Source of the DNA: the human T2T-CHM13v2.0 reference genome, Homo sapiens
NCBI RefSeq assembly: GCF_009914755.1
Contig: NC_060938.1
DNA length: 64,000 bases
Reading direction: 5' to 3' (one strand)
In this document: positions 1 to 12,018 of the stretch, piece by piece
Position numbering within the stretch: position 1 is the stretch's first letter
Layout: each line of letters begins with the position of its first letter
Program-made: the position numbers and the translations under genes
The notes under the pieces: generated by a model
What the model saw: the letters and a program-made list of their open reading frames with translations, nothing else
The model's database searches: none
What the model was told of the DNA's origin: nothing

Positions 1-175
1 AAATGAAAATCCATGAATGCTCAAGTCCCTCAAATAAAATGGTGTAGTATTTGCATATAACCTAAGCACATCCTCCCCTATACTTTAAGTCATCTCTAAA
101 TTACTTACACCTAACACAATGTAATGCTATGTAATAGCTGTTCTACTCTGTTTTTTACTTGTATTATTTTTATTG
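1..175 (+). mobile_element. MER2 (Tigger-family DNA transposon) fragment
   Basis: Sequence atgctcaagtccct...aaaatggtgtagtatttgcatataacctaagcacatcctccc...tactttaagtcatctcta matches the recalled MER2 consensus. Confidence 0.8.
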
Positions 176-1276
176 ACAATGAGTACATGTCAAAGGAGGT
201 GGCCACTTGATTCAAGGGAGTTCTCATAGAGAAGATACTGGCTGAACTAAGAGTTGAAGGATAAATGGGATCACATAAGTTGGAGATAATGTTGACAGAA
301 GCATTTAAAATAAGAAAAACAAGACTTTTAGTTCTAACAAGATTTCTCTCTGTTTTACCATGCTAAGTACAACGATAAACACTGGAAATAAAATGAGACA
401 ACCAAAAGATAACTTTGAAAGGTAGAGAGTGAAAGGCAAACTGGTTAGCCACCCCAGGACTAAAGGAAAAACACAGTGGCAGAGCATCTCTTACCCCCAC
501 CCAACTGAAGAAGGTGATGTGATGCAAGCCCAATGTTTCCCAACTTCCCACATAGCAACAGAAGGCAGCCCAGGTAGGGTCCTTCCTCCCCTGGATGGAA
601 AAAGAGTTCTACCCACAAGACCAGGCAAGTCCTGCAGGCTCCACCCCAGCCCCAGCAGTGCAGATCAATCAGAAGCCCCAGTGATAATGAGGAGCCAGAG
701 GAAGCATTCTCTGTCCAATCTACACACACACATTTCCCTACCTAGAAACAGTACTGAAACTGACAAGGGGGAATCCTGCTACAGAATTGGCTAGCCCAGA
801 AGCCTCTTTGTCCCCAGAGGCCTCCTCACACAATAAGAGACATAGGGTGGATGTACCCATATGGGAAGCTTCTTCTTTTTGGTGGAAATGAAACTTCCCT
901 CCCCAGCTTATAGGTTCCAGGCAGCCTGACCAAGGGATGCTCCTTCTGCCCCGTCAGATGGCACTAGTGGGAAACAGTAGGAGTCTCAGGTAAATTAAGC
1001 AGACCAAAATAACACCACAAAGGCTCTGATAATTAAATTTTCATTGGAACCACTGTCCACAAAAGATGGCCAAGACCTGTCTGCTAAAACTAAGCATGTC
1101 TGCTAAAATCAAAAATTTAAATAGGACCCAGTGTGTCCTAACATACTAATAGCAAAATGTCCAGGATACAAATGACTAAAAGACAATGAACAAAGAAGAG
1201 GCCTGGGAGTATGAAAACCATTGTCAAGTACAGCAAGAATAGAAAAAGGATATCACAAGAAAGAAAGTATCCAGGT

Positions 1277-1520
1277 AATAATAATGAGAGCTAAAGCCAC
1301 ATTTGTTGCTGATAGTGTACTAGACACTGTTCTAGGAACTTAAAATGAATGAACTCTTCTGTTAAAACCATTCTATTGATTAGGTATTCTCTTATTATTT
1401 CTGTTTTTGCATGGATAAACTGAGGCATAGGGAGGTTAATTAACTTGAACTAGCCAAACAGCTCATAAGTGATGGAATCAGGATTTACAAACTTTCAGTC
1501 ATACTCTCAGTTTCCACTCT
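1277..1520 (-). mobile_element. MIR SINE
   Basis: Reverse-oriented MIR core aaactgaggcatagggaggttaattaacttg. Confidence 0.7.
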
Positions 1521-1904
1521 ATACTTAGAGTGACATAAAGTAGGATAGAGTAGATTGTGAATGGCCATGACTGTCTTTTTAAGGGATCTAGATTGTATTT
1601 TGTAGGCAAATGACTACATGAGCAAATCTGTGTGTTAAAAAAAATAACTCTGGAAATAACAAAAAGGATTAATTAGAAGAAGAAACACTAAAATAGAAAA
1701 AGCAGATAATGGCCATAAGTAAGCAAAGAAAAGGATATTAAGAATCTAAACTAAACAAGTAACAATATCACTGAGGAGAGGCTATTAACAGGGATAAAAC
1801 AAAACTTTAACAGGAAGACATACTAACTCTAAACATTTATACAGCTAATATCAAAGGTTCAAGACACCTGAAGCAAAAACTGATAGAACTTCAAGGTGAA
1901 ATAG

Positions 1905-2232
<328 letters not shown>

Positions 2233-3409
2233 TATAGTCAAGGATTTCAACACACCTCTCTCAATGATCTATAGAGCAGGTGGATAGAAGTCAGTAATGA
2301 TATAGAAGAACTGAACAACCCTATCAACCAATTGTTGATTCTAAAGTTGACATTTATAAAACCTTTCAACCAAAACCAGCAGAATATTTTAGAACACAGA
2401 GCACTTACCAAGAGAGGTCACGAGTTAAACCATAAAACAAGTCTCAATAAGTTAAAAAGGTACAAATTAGACAAGTATTTTATGACAAAGAAGTAATTAA
2501 ATGGAAAACTAATAGCAAAAAGAAATATAGAAAACCCCAAAATATTCTGGAATAAAATATACCCTCTTAAGTAACACATCTGTCAAAGAATAAATCAAAC
2601 ACACAATTACCAACTCTTAACTGAATGAAAATGAAAATACAAAGAATTGGAATGTGTAGAATACAAATAAAACATGCCCAAAGAAAAATTAAGACCTATA
2701 TTAGAAAAGAAGTAAATATTAAATTATTAACCACAGATTTACCTGAAGAAATTATAAAAAGAGGACATAAGTAGAAGTAAGTAGAAAAATAGAAATAATA
2801 AAGAGTGGAAGTTAATCAATAAGGGAAAAAATAAATAGCAAGACCAATAAAACCAAAAGCCAGTTCTTTGACAAGATCAATAAAACTAGTAAATTTCAAC
2901 CCATACTAATTTGGGAAGAAAGAGAGACAGAAAGGCAGAGACAGAGAAAATAGAAGTTACCAATATTTATCCATATAAGATATGAATAATTATACCATAA
3001 CTAGAAATAAAATATAATTACAGATCCTATAGACGTAAGAAGGATAAAAGGAAATAACAAACAACACAAAAACCCTATTTTTATTAAAGAAATCAAATTT
3101 TTAGTTAAAAATTCCCCCAGAAATAAAACTCCAGGCCAAGATGGCTTCCCTGCTGAATTCTGTAAAATATTTAGCAGAGAACACATACCAATTCTGCATA
3201 GTACCTATCAGAAAAATAAAGCAGAGGAAACACTTCTCACTTCATCATGTGAGACCAGCATTATATTGATACCCAAACTAGACAAAGACATTCAAAGGAA
3301 AAGAAAAAAACTATAGATCTATTCCTCATGAACATAGTTGTAAAAATTACTAACAAAATTTTAGCCCAATTAAATCACCAAATATATAAAACAAATAGCG
3401 CATTATGAC

Positions 3410-3765
3410 TGTATTAGTTTGTTTTCACACTGCTGATAAAGCATACCCAAGACTGGGAAGAAAAAAAAGATCTAATTGAACTTACAGTTCCACATGGCTG
3501 AGGAGGCCTCAGAATCATGGTGGGAGGCGAAACAAACTTCTTACATGGCAGCGGCAAGAGAAAAATGAGGAAGAAGCAAAAGCAGAAACCCTTGATAAAC
3601 CCATCAGATTTCATGAGAATTAATTCACTATCATTAGAATAGCACGGGAAAGACCAGCCCCCATGATTCAATTACCTCTCCCTGCATCCCTCCCACAACA
3701 CGTGGGAATTCTGGGAGATACAATTCAAGTTGAGATTTGGGTGGGGACACAGCCAAACCATATCC
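3410..3765 (-). mobile_element. THE1 (THE1C-like) MaLR solo LTR
   Basis: Runs tgtattagt...gagatttgggtggggacacagccaaaccatatc; 5-bp TSD atgac at 3405-3409 and 3766-3770. Confidence 0.9.
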
Positions 3766-4198
3766 ATGACCAAGTAGGAATTTTCCAGGGAATGAAAGGT
3801 TGTTTTAACATTTGAAAATCAATCAACAAAATTCACTGTATTAACAGACCAAAAATGGAAACCATATGGTGATCTTAATAGTGATCCATAAAAAGCATTT
3901 GCCAAAATTCTACATTCATTTCGAATGAAAAAACTCTCAGCTAAGTAGAAATAGAAGGAAATTTCCTCAACCAGAGGAAAAAGGCATCTATGAAAAACTT
4001 ACAGCTAACATCATACTTAAAAAGTCCTAATGATTTCCCCCAAGATCAGGAACAAGGCAAACTGTTTGCTCTCACCACTTGTATTAAGAGTTCTAGCCAG
4101 TACAATAAGACAAGGGAAAGTATTTAAATAAGAAAGGAAAAATTAAAACATGTATTTGCAGGTGATATGATTGTCTATATAGAAAATTCTGAGTAATC

Positions 4199-4505
<307 letters not shown>

Positions 4506-6142
4506 AGAAAATTCTGAGTAATCTACAAAAAAACCCACAAGAGCTAATAAATGAGATTGGGAAAATCTCAGTACTCAAAGCCAATACAAAAAGTCAATTG
4601 TATTTCTATATGATAGCAACAAAAAATTGGAAGGTAAAATTTAAAAAAATTTAATAGCATCAAAAAAATAGAATGCCTAATAAATTTTATAAAATCAAAA
4701 GCTACAAGTCACCTCAGAGAAACTAAAGAAAGCCTAAATAAATGTGGATATATATTAATAAGTGTATTCATGAATCAGAAAATTTGTTATTAGTAGGATA
4801 TCATTTCTTTCCAAGTTGGTCTTTAGATTCAGTGCAATCCCAGCAAGCGGTTTTGTGGAAATAAACTAATTCAAAAATTTGCACGAAAGTACAAAAGACC
4901 TAGAATGGTTAAAACAACTTTTAAAAAGAAGAAAAATATTGGAAAACTAACACTACCTGATTTCAAGATTATAAATCTACTGGTTTCAAAACAATGTTAA
5001 TTGATGTAGAGACAGACATAAAGATCAATGGAACAATAGTGTACAAAAATATACACCTACATATATGATCAATTAATTTTCAACAAAGGCTCCAAGGCAG
5101 TTCAATGAGGACAAGATAATCACTTAAATAGTGTTGGGAGAAGTGGCTACCTGTACATCTAAAAAAAAAAAGTTAACCTCATATCTCTTCTCACACCACA
5201 TAAAAAGATTACTGATGACAGATCTTAGAATTAAGTATAAGATACAGAAAAATAGCATTTTTAGAAGAAAACTTAGGAAGAAATCTTAGTAATACTCAGT
5301 TTGGCAAAGATTTCTTAAATTTGACACATAAAAAAGAAAAAGCATCGGCTTCACCAAAGAAGATATGCAGATGGCAAATAAGCACATAAAAGGATGCCCC
5401 AAATTATTAGTCATTAGAGAAACGCACATTAAAATTACAAGGAGATAGCACTATCCTCCTAGTAAAGTGGCTAAAATGAAAAAGACCAACCAGCCCAAGT
5501 GTTGATAAGGATGTAGAACAGCTTTAACTCCAACAGCTGTTGGTCAGAAAGTAAATGGTTTGTCACTTTGGAAAACAGTTTGGCAGTATTTTAAAGTCAG
5601 ACATACACCTATCACACAGCCTGACCATTCTATACCCAGGTATTTTCTCTAGAGAAATAAAAGCATATGTCCACACAAAGACTCATACGTGAATGTTCAT
5701 AGCAGCTTTATGTAGAATAGCAAAAACTGGAAACAACCCAAATGTGTATCAAATGAATTTTAAAATTTTGCAATATTCATATAATGGAATACAACTTCTC
5801 AATAAAAGTAAAAATATATTTTTACTATTTATATAACAGTCTAGAAAAATGCATAAAAATTTCCAGTGACAGAAAACAGATCAGAAATTGCTTGTATGTA
5901 TGGGGTGGAGGGGTAGAAGCAGGGAAAGAGAAGTTACAAATGATCATAGTGGGAACTTTTGGCTTATGGCCATCTTCATTGTTTTCATTGTGGTGATGGT
6001 TTCACAGGTGTATACATGATGTCAAAACGCATCGAATTGTACAATTTAAGTAAATGTTATTTATTTTATGTAGGTTATATCTCAGGAAAGCTATCTTTAA
6101 AATACCTCACATTTAAGAAAAAAAATTTAATGGTTAGCAGCC

Positions 6143-6150
6143 TGACGTCA
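6143..6150. promoter_or_regulatory. Perfect CRE palindrome TGACGTCA
   Basis: Exact motif seen with its CpG intact; function untested. Confidence 0.3.
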
Positions 6151-7771
6151 TTCTTCCATTTGGTAGAGACTATCACCTGTATGTGTTTCTATTCACACGA
6201 ATTTTTGCCAATGTTCAATGTATTCAGATTTTCTTACTTATACCTGTCTCTTAGAAGCATCAAATCAATGTTTCTTGCCCTAAATTTTCACAGCTACTCC
6301 TGTCAGAACTTATATTTGCCGCACTTTTTAACTTGATCTCCAGAATCTTACGAATATATTTGTTTACTATTTATACAGTGTACTATATATATATTCAGAT
6401 AAATGTAAGCTCCACCTCAGCTCCAGAAACATCCAACTTTTAAGTGTTGAAAGCTTTCTCATGTTGCCAATTGATAGATCCCATCTTTGTTAAACATATT
6501 CTCATTCTAGTATAATTCTGTACTCTCATGTGGCTTCTGAATTTAAAAAGAAAACAAGCCACAACAGAAAATCCAAAATAGAAACAAAAAGACCTAATTT
6601 AGAAAACCAAGTTTAACTGGATTTAAGTATCTCAGAAAACATAAAATGGAGGACTTGTACATTGCAAAAAAACAGCCCTCATTCTACATAGTCTAGAATA
6701 ACATTTTCAACCTCAAGTTTGGCACACACAAGAAAGAATGTTCTTGCAATAATTTTTATAAAATTCTCAAAAACTTACTTAAAATATCATATACTCTTGA
6801 TTACTGAGGTAATGAAGAATGTGACAAAAATCCAACAATGATAGGACATCAAAGCTTAATGAGGTTTGAAATCATCAACCTAGAGTTCTCACTAAATAGA
6901 GAAATACACTGACAAAATTTTAAAATTTTTGAGAAAATTATCTCAATATTTCAGCACATTGTAATTAATTTGTAGCTAGAGAAAATATTTTCCCAACGTT
7001 GTTATAACCATGGAAAACTAGATATCCTTTAATAACAGACATCTTAGAATACGTATTATTAAGGCTTGATGCCCTTTAAAAACTTCAATAGCTTTTACTA
7101 CAGTAATTTGATTTTATTCTAAGTTGCTCTTCATTACCAGTTCATAGAGCAAAAAGCATAAGCCAAACTTCCCAAGGACTCATCACATTCTCAGTTGAAA
7201 TCAAATTAAAAACTAAACACAGGGATGTGCCCTCAAGGCCATCTAAATATATTTTTCTTTATTTGCACACTTTTTAGTACTTTATCTATGACCATCTTCA
7301 TTTCATTGAACTGAAGATTTTTACAAAAGAAATAAGGTTTTCTATCCAGACATTGAAATGTAAAACGTGCAAGAAGATAAAGAAGAACACTTAGGCTAAA
7401 ACCAGGAAAGTAATGCTTGTCTCAGAAGGAATTGAATGAAAAGAGAATAAGAGATACAATGAATTATAATAAGGAGAAAGAGAACATCACATAACTTTAG
7501 ATGTGTGACTAAGACTCAAGGAATTTAAAGTAGATGACAGATCTGCAGAAAAGACATTGGCTTTTCCACTAGAAACTATATTTACTTATAAAGGGAAGGC
7601 AAAGACAAGAAAAGATGGCTGCAGATTAAACTTTACTCGTGTCAACAAGTTTACTGTAGGAAGGATATTTTAAGCAATTTTTTTCAATTATAAACTTACT
7701 TTCAAAATAGGTATTTTTCATGCCATAAATTTGAATGAAATTAACACAAGTAATTTTATGCTGCTACAGTT

Positions 7772-7777
7772 TTTATT
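7772..7777 (-). terminator. Candidate FSCB polyadenylation signal AATAAA
   Basis: tttatt on the + strand, about 145 nt downstream of the FSCB stop codon. Confidence 0.55.
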
Positions 7778-7922
7778 GTTCATTTTCCAACCTGTATTCC
7801 AAGTCTTGGGGTCCCCTTTAATTTGCCTTATTGACAAAGCTACTTCCCGCTGCCCACCCTTTTCTAAAGTATGTTCTTCCAAAACCATGTAGCTTCTGAT
7901 TGCTAGCTTAGGTACAACCTGA

Positions 7923-10400
7923 CTACAGTTCAGGAGGACGTTGTTTTAATTCTATATGAAAAACACTTTCTATTTCAAGAGTGGGAGCCTGTCCATCATT
8001 GGTATTAGACAAATCTTTAAGGACAGAATTGATTTTTGAAACCTCTTCAAATTTTGCTTCACCTTCCAAAACAACCGATCCTAATTTTACTGCTGGAATT
8101 CCTGCCACCTGCGGTGACTGAAATTCTGTAGACACATTCTCTACCAGAGCCTCATCTTCAGGGGTTTGTTCAGATGGTGGAGGTGAAACTTCAGCAGAGG
8201 CCTCTCCTATAGGAAACTCCTCAGTCAGAAGCAAATCAGCTGGTGGGGAATGTTTGTCAACGGAGGCCTCTTCTGCAGGGACATCATCAGCTGGGGGAGA
8301 GTGTACTGCAGCAAGGGTCTCTTCTATAGGAGTCTCCTCAGCTGGTAGAGACTGAACTTCAGCAGGGGCCTCCTCAGCTGGTGGAGGCTGAACTTCAGCG
8401 GGGGCCTCCTCAGCTGGTGGAGGCTGAACTTCAGCGGGGGCCTCCTCAGCTGGTGGAGGCTGAACTTCAGCGGGGGCCTCCTCAGCTGGTGGAGGCTGAA
8501 CTTCAGCGGGGGCCTCCTCAGCTGGTGGAGGCTGAACTTCAGCGGGGGCCTCCTCAGCTGGTGGAGGCTGAACTTCAGCAGGAGCCTCTTCTGCAGAAGC
8601 CTCTGTAGCTGCTAGAAGCTGAATTGCAGCAGAGGCCTCTTCTGCAGTGGTCTCTTCACCTGATGGAGGCTGAAGCTCAAGAGGGGCCTCTTCTATAGAA
8701 ACTCCCTTAGCTGATGGAGACTGAACTTCAGCAGGAGCCTCTTCTGCAGAAGTCTCCTCAGATAGTGGAGACTGAGCTTCAGCAGGAGTTTCATCTGCAG
8801 GAGCCTCTATAGCTGCTAGAAGCTGAATTTCAGCAGAGGCCTCTTCTGCAGTGGTCTCTTCAGCTAATGGAGATTGAACTTCAGCATGAGCCTCTTCTGC
8901 AGAAGTCTCCTCAGATAGTGGAGACCGAGCTTCGGCAGGAGTTTCATCTGCAGGAGGCTCCGTAGCTGCTAGAAGCTGAATTTCAGCAGAGGCCTCTTCT
9001 GCAGTGGTCTCTTTAGGTAATGGAGACTGAAATTCAGTAGGAGCCTCTTCTGCAGGGGTCTCCATAGCTGTTGAAAGCTGAAGTTCTCGAGCCTCTTCTC
9101 TAGGAGCCTCTTCAGGTAATAGAGGCTGAACATCAGCAAGGGTCTCTTCAACAGTGGGAGGCTCTACTTTAGCTGAGGCCTCTTCAAGGGCGCCCTCAGC
9201 TGGTAAAGGCTGTACTTCAATGGGAGCCTTTTGTGCTGAGGGAGACCGAATTTCACCAAGAGGCTCTACTGAAGGAGACTTTTCAGCTGGTGGAGGCAGA
9301 ATTTCAGCAGGAGGCTCTTCTGAAGGGGACTCTTCAGCTGATGGAGGCAGAATTTCAGCCAGAAGCTCTACAGAAGGAGACTCTTCAGCTGATGGAGGCT
9401 GAATTTCAGCAGGAAACTCCACTAAAGGGGCCTCTTCAGCAGGTGGAGGCTGAACTTTAACAGAATTCTCCGCAACTGCAGTGGCTGCCTCAGCATCAGG
9501 AGTCTCTTCAGTTGATGGCTGTACTTGGACATGGGTCTCTTCAGCAGGTCTGGGCTCCGCTTTAGCAGTGGCCTCTTCAACTAATGGAGGCTGTATTTTA
9601 GCTGGGAATTTTTCTGTTGATGGAGGCTCTATTTCAGCAGAAGCCACTTTTTTAACAGCAGAACCTTCTTGTACAACAGGTACAGTTACTTCTTCCCTAA
9701 GCTCATCTTCTAAAAGTACCGGGGGACCTTTTTTAGTCTCCTGAGTAAATGAAGTTCTGCTGATATTTTTCTGCCCAATTTCTTCATTGCTGTTTGTTGC
9801 TGGTTGAAATTCAGGTTGTTCACTAGCAAAAATCTTTCCCGACGATTTATGTTTCAGGGCATCTTCCTTTGACTTTGTAGAAGAACTATCTGGCCTGGAA
9901 ATAACCACTATTTCTGATTCACTAAAGTATGTCTGTTGTTCCTTGTCCACTTTTTCTACAGGGGGGATGTTCATCATGGTCCAGTATCCTGTACGGCTGG
10001 TCTGCTGAGATCTGTCCATTTTTAGTTGAACTGAAGGTATGTTTGGTGGAATTTCTACATCCTGAACACTCTCTGGCAATTCAATAGCAGCTTCTCTAAC
10101 ATCAGCTGACTTTTCTTCAGGTACCACGGTTTCCTCAACTAACTTGACTTCTTTTTTCTCTTCTACAATGGTGTCTGTCTGGAGAGACTTACTAGTCATT
10201 TCCTGTCCATGCTTTCTCTTTGTCCAAGTTTGCTGAAGCTCAGAAGATACTCTAATAGACTCATAGGCTTTGGCAGAGTAGCTGCCTTTGCTTCCAGAAG
10301 TATTACCAATACGATGGGTAGCTTTGGGGCTAGATGATTTTGGTATGGCCATGTGTTTCTTTTTCTCTATTACATCAGTTTGCTGGGATTTGCCTACCAT
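7923..10400 (-). CDS. FSCB: Fibrous sheath CABYR-binding protein (single coding exon, 825 aa, acidic E/A/P-rich repeats)
   Basis: 825-aa ORF MVGKSQQTDVIEKKK...HIELKQRPPEL with AEEAPAEVQPPP repeats; recognised as human FSCB. Confidence 0.95.
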   Translation of the reverse strand: MVGKSQQTDVIEKKKHMAIPKSSSPKATHRIGNTSGSKGSYSAKAYESIRVSSELQQTWTKRKHGQEMTSKSLQTDTIVEEKKEVKLVEETVVPEEKSADVREAAIELPESVQDVEIPPNIPSVQLKMDRSQQTSRTGYWTMMNIPPVEKVDKEQQTYFSESEIVVISRPDSSSTKSKEDALKHKSSGKIFASEQPEFQPATNSNEEIGQKNISRTSFTQETKKGPPVLLEDELREEVTVPVVQEGSAVKKVASAEIEPPSTEKFPAKIQPPLVEEATAKAEPRPAEETHVQVQPSTEETPDAEAATAVAENSVKVQPPPAEEAPLVEFPAEIQPPSAEESPSVELLAEILPPSAEESPSEEPPAEILPPPAEKSPSVEPLGEIRSPSAQKAPIEVQPLPAEGALEEASAKVEPPTVEETLADVQPLLPEEAPREEARELQLSTAMETPAEEAPTEFQSPLPKETTAEEASAEIQLLAATEPPADETPAEARSPLSEETSAEEAHAEVQSPLAEETTAEEASAEIQLLAAIEAPADETPAEAQSPLSEETSAEEAPAEVQSPSAKGVSIEEAPLELQPPSGEETTAEEASAAIQLLAATEASAEEAPAEVQPPPAEEAPAEVQPPPAEEAPAEVQPPPAEEAPAEVQPPPAEEAPAEVQPPPAEEAPAEVQPPPAEEAPAEVQSLPAEETPIEETLAAVHSPPADDVPAEEASVDKHSPPADLLLTEEFPIGEASAEVSPPPSEQTPEDEALVENVSTEFQSPQVAGIPAVKLGSVVLEGEAKFEEVSKINSVLKDLSNTNDGQAPTLEIESVFHIELKQRPPEL
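8341..8592 (-). repeat. Coding 36-bp tandem repeat (AEEAPAEVQPPP), 7 units of which 5 are identical
   Basis: gctggtggaggctgaacttcagcgggggcctcctca repeated exactly over 8377-8556, with diverged terminal units. Confidence 0.95.
8593..9460 (-). repeat. Degenerate coding 51-bp (17-aa) repeat with a 153-bp higher-order unit
   Basis: gcagtggtct recurs at 8644, 8848 and 9001 (spacings 204 and 153); EI(Q/L)PP(S/P)AE recurs every 17 aa. Confidence 0.85.
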
Positions 10401-10412
10401 TGGTTTGCTGGG

Positions 10413-10481
10413 TCATCTTCTCTTTCGAATTTCTTGCCTACACGCTGAGATAGGCTGATTAGAGTCATCACTTTCTTCCAT
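10413..10481 (-). other. 22-codon uORF in frame with FSCB (probable ancestral N-terminus)
   Basis: ATG at 10481 (gaaATGG) is 81 nt upstream of the FSCB ATG; it reads MEESDDSNQPISACRQEIRKRR, then TGA at 10415-10413, then PSKP-M. Confidence 0.85.
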
Positions 10482-10731
10482 TTCTAAGAGTAGTGATTTC
10501 AAACTTATTAATTTTCAAGTAATGACCAAAAATCACAAACGTACCAAGTGTCAAAGACTTTCCCTTTCTTAGGTGTCATTCTGTTGAGCTCCCTCAGAAA
10601 AAAAGTAATTCATAAGCTATTGCATTCCATACTACACTCTTGTTGGATCCCACCTTATTCAGTAAGCGTCTTTCTTCTTTAGTCTCTGTTATAACTAAAT
10701 ATCACTTTTAGAAGTTTCCTTCAAGGGTCTA

Positions 10732-10739
10732 TGACATCA
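10732..10739. promoter_or_regulatory. CRE-like site TGACATCA in the putative FSCB promoter
   Basis: One-mismatch CRE about 250 nt upstream of the first ATG; CREM-tau sites are typical of spermatid genes. Confidence 0.45.
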
Positions 10740-11307
10740 TAGCCAGTTCTGCCTTCAGGATTCCATCAGTGGTATTCCTAGGACTTTTAAACTTAGTATA
10801 CATCCATAGGTAATGGCTGCAAGTGAGAATCTACTTTTTGAAACAAGTTGAAAAAAAGCATTTGTCTACAAAAGAACATCAGGTAAATTCCAGTAATGCC
10901 ACTTTCTAATTGCTGAAATTGATGCTTTTTTGAACTTTCAATTCTGTTCTTTTCATCCTATTATCAAAGACAGTAATGCAGAACTCAGAATGCTGCAGCC
11001 TATTTTCAATTGTACAAAACAACCCATAACATGAGTGAGGATGTTCTATCAATGTATTTTATATGACTTGAAAGGAAGTTACTACTGTTTGAAAAACTTG
11101 AATTCTGAAGTTCATCTTCATATAAGCTGCTTTTCTACATCCTTAGCCTTCAGTAACACAACAGCCTATTATCAAAATATAGAAGGCAGGTTTATCTTCT
11201 AAAACATCATGAGATATTTTAATTTTTATTTAACTATTTTAGAGTGTAGTTGCATCCAAAATTTGCCAACTAAAAGAATGAGTCTAAATACATGCCAAGT
11301 GAGATAA

Positions 11308-11560
<253 letters not shown>

Positions 11561-11917
11561 AGATAAAAACATTAAATTGAAGCTATGAAAAGGAGGAATT
11601 CCAGTCAAGCAGATTGTAGATGACATTGTATTAGATTTGGAATACAGATAAAATTTTAACTCATATCACTCAAGAATTTTACTAGAAAGATGAATATTGA
11701 TCAAACAGTATGCAAAAACATTGTGCATTAGTCTGAGGAAAATCAAGAGGAGAAAAAAGACTTTTAAAATACAGTTATAGGAGACAATGTAATAACCATA
11801 TGCCAAATAATAATTATGACTGCATTAATCTGGGAATATTTTTAAATTTCTTTATGCCATATTGCCCCTAGAAAACATAGTGAATTGAATAATTCCCCTT
11901 TTTTTCACATGCATTGG

Positions 11918-12016
11918 TGTTATGAGCTGAATGTTTGTGGCCCTGTCTCCTTACCCACAAATTCATATGTTGGAACCCCCAAAGTTATGGTATTTAAAGA
12001 TGGGATCTTTGGGAGT
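11918..12016 (+). mobile_element. MLT1 (MLT1A-like) LTR 5' fragment
   Basis: tgttatgagctgaatgtttgt...aaattcatatgttggaacccc; cut by the Tigger1 insertion at a TA. Confidence 0.65.
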
Positions 12017-12018
12017 TA

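Noticed and set aside
429-794. 121-aa ORF
   Set aside because: GTG start, no recognisable domain, and it lies in sequence resembling a decayed old L1 5' region.
8341-8592. CRISPR-like appearance of the 36-bp repeats
   Set aside because: The units are contiguous with no spacers and lie in frame within a human CDS.
8381-9744. Plus-strand ORFs antisense to FSCB (e.g. EAELQRGPPQLV repeats) and the alternative-frame ORF 8969-9151
   Set aside because: These are shadows of the stop-poor coding repeats, mostly with non-ATG starts and no independent evidence.
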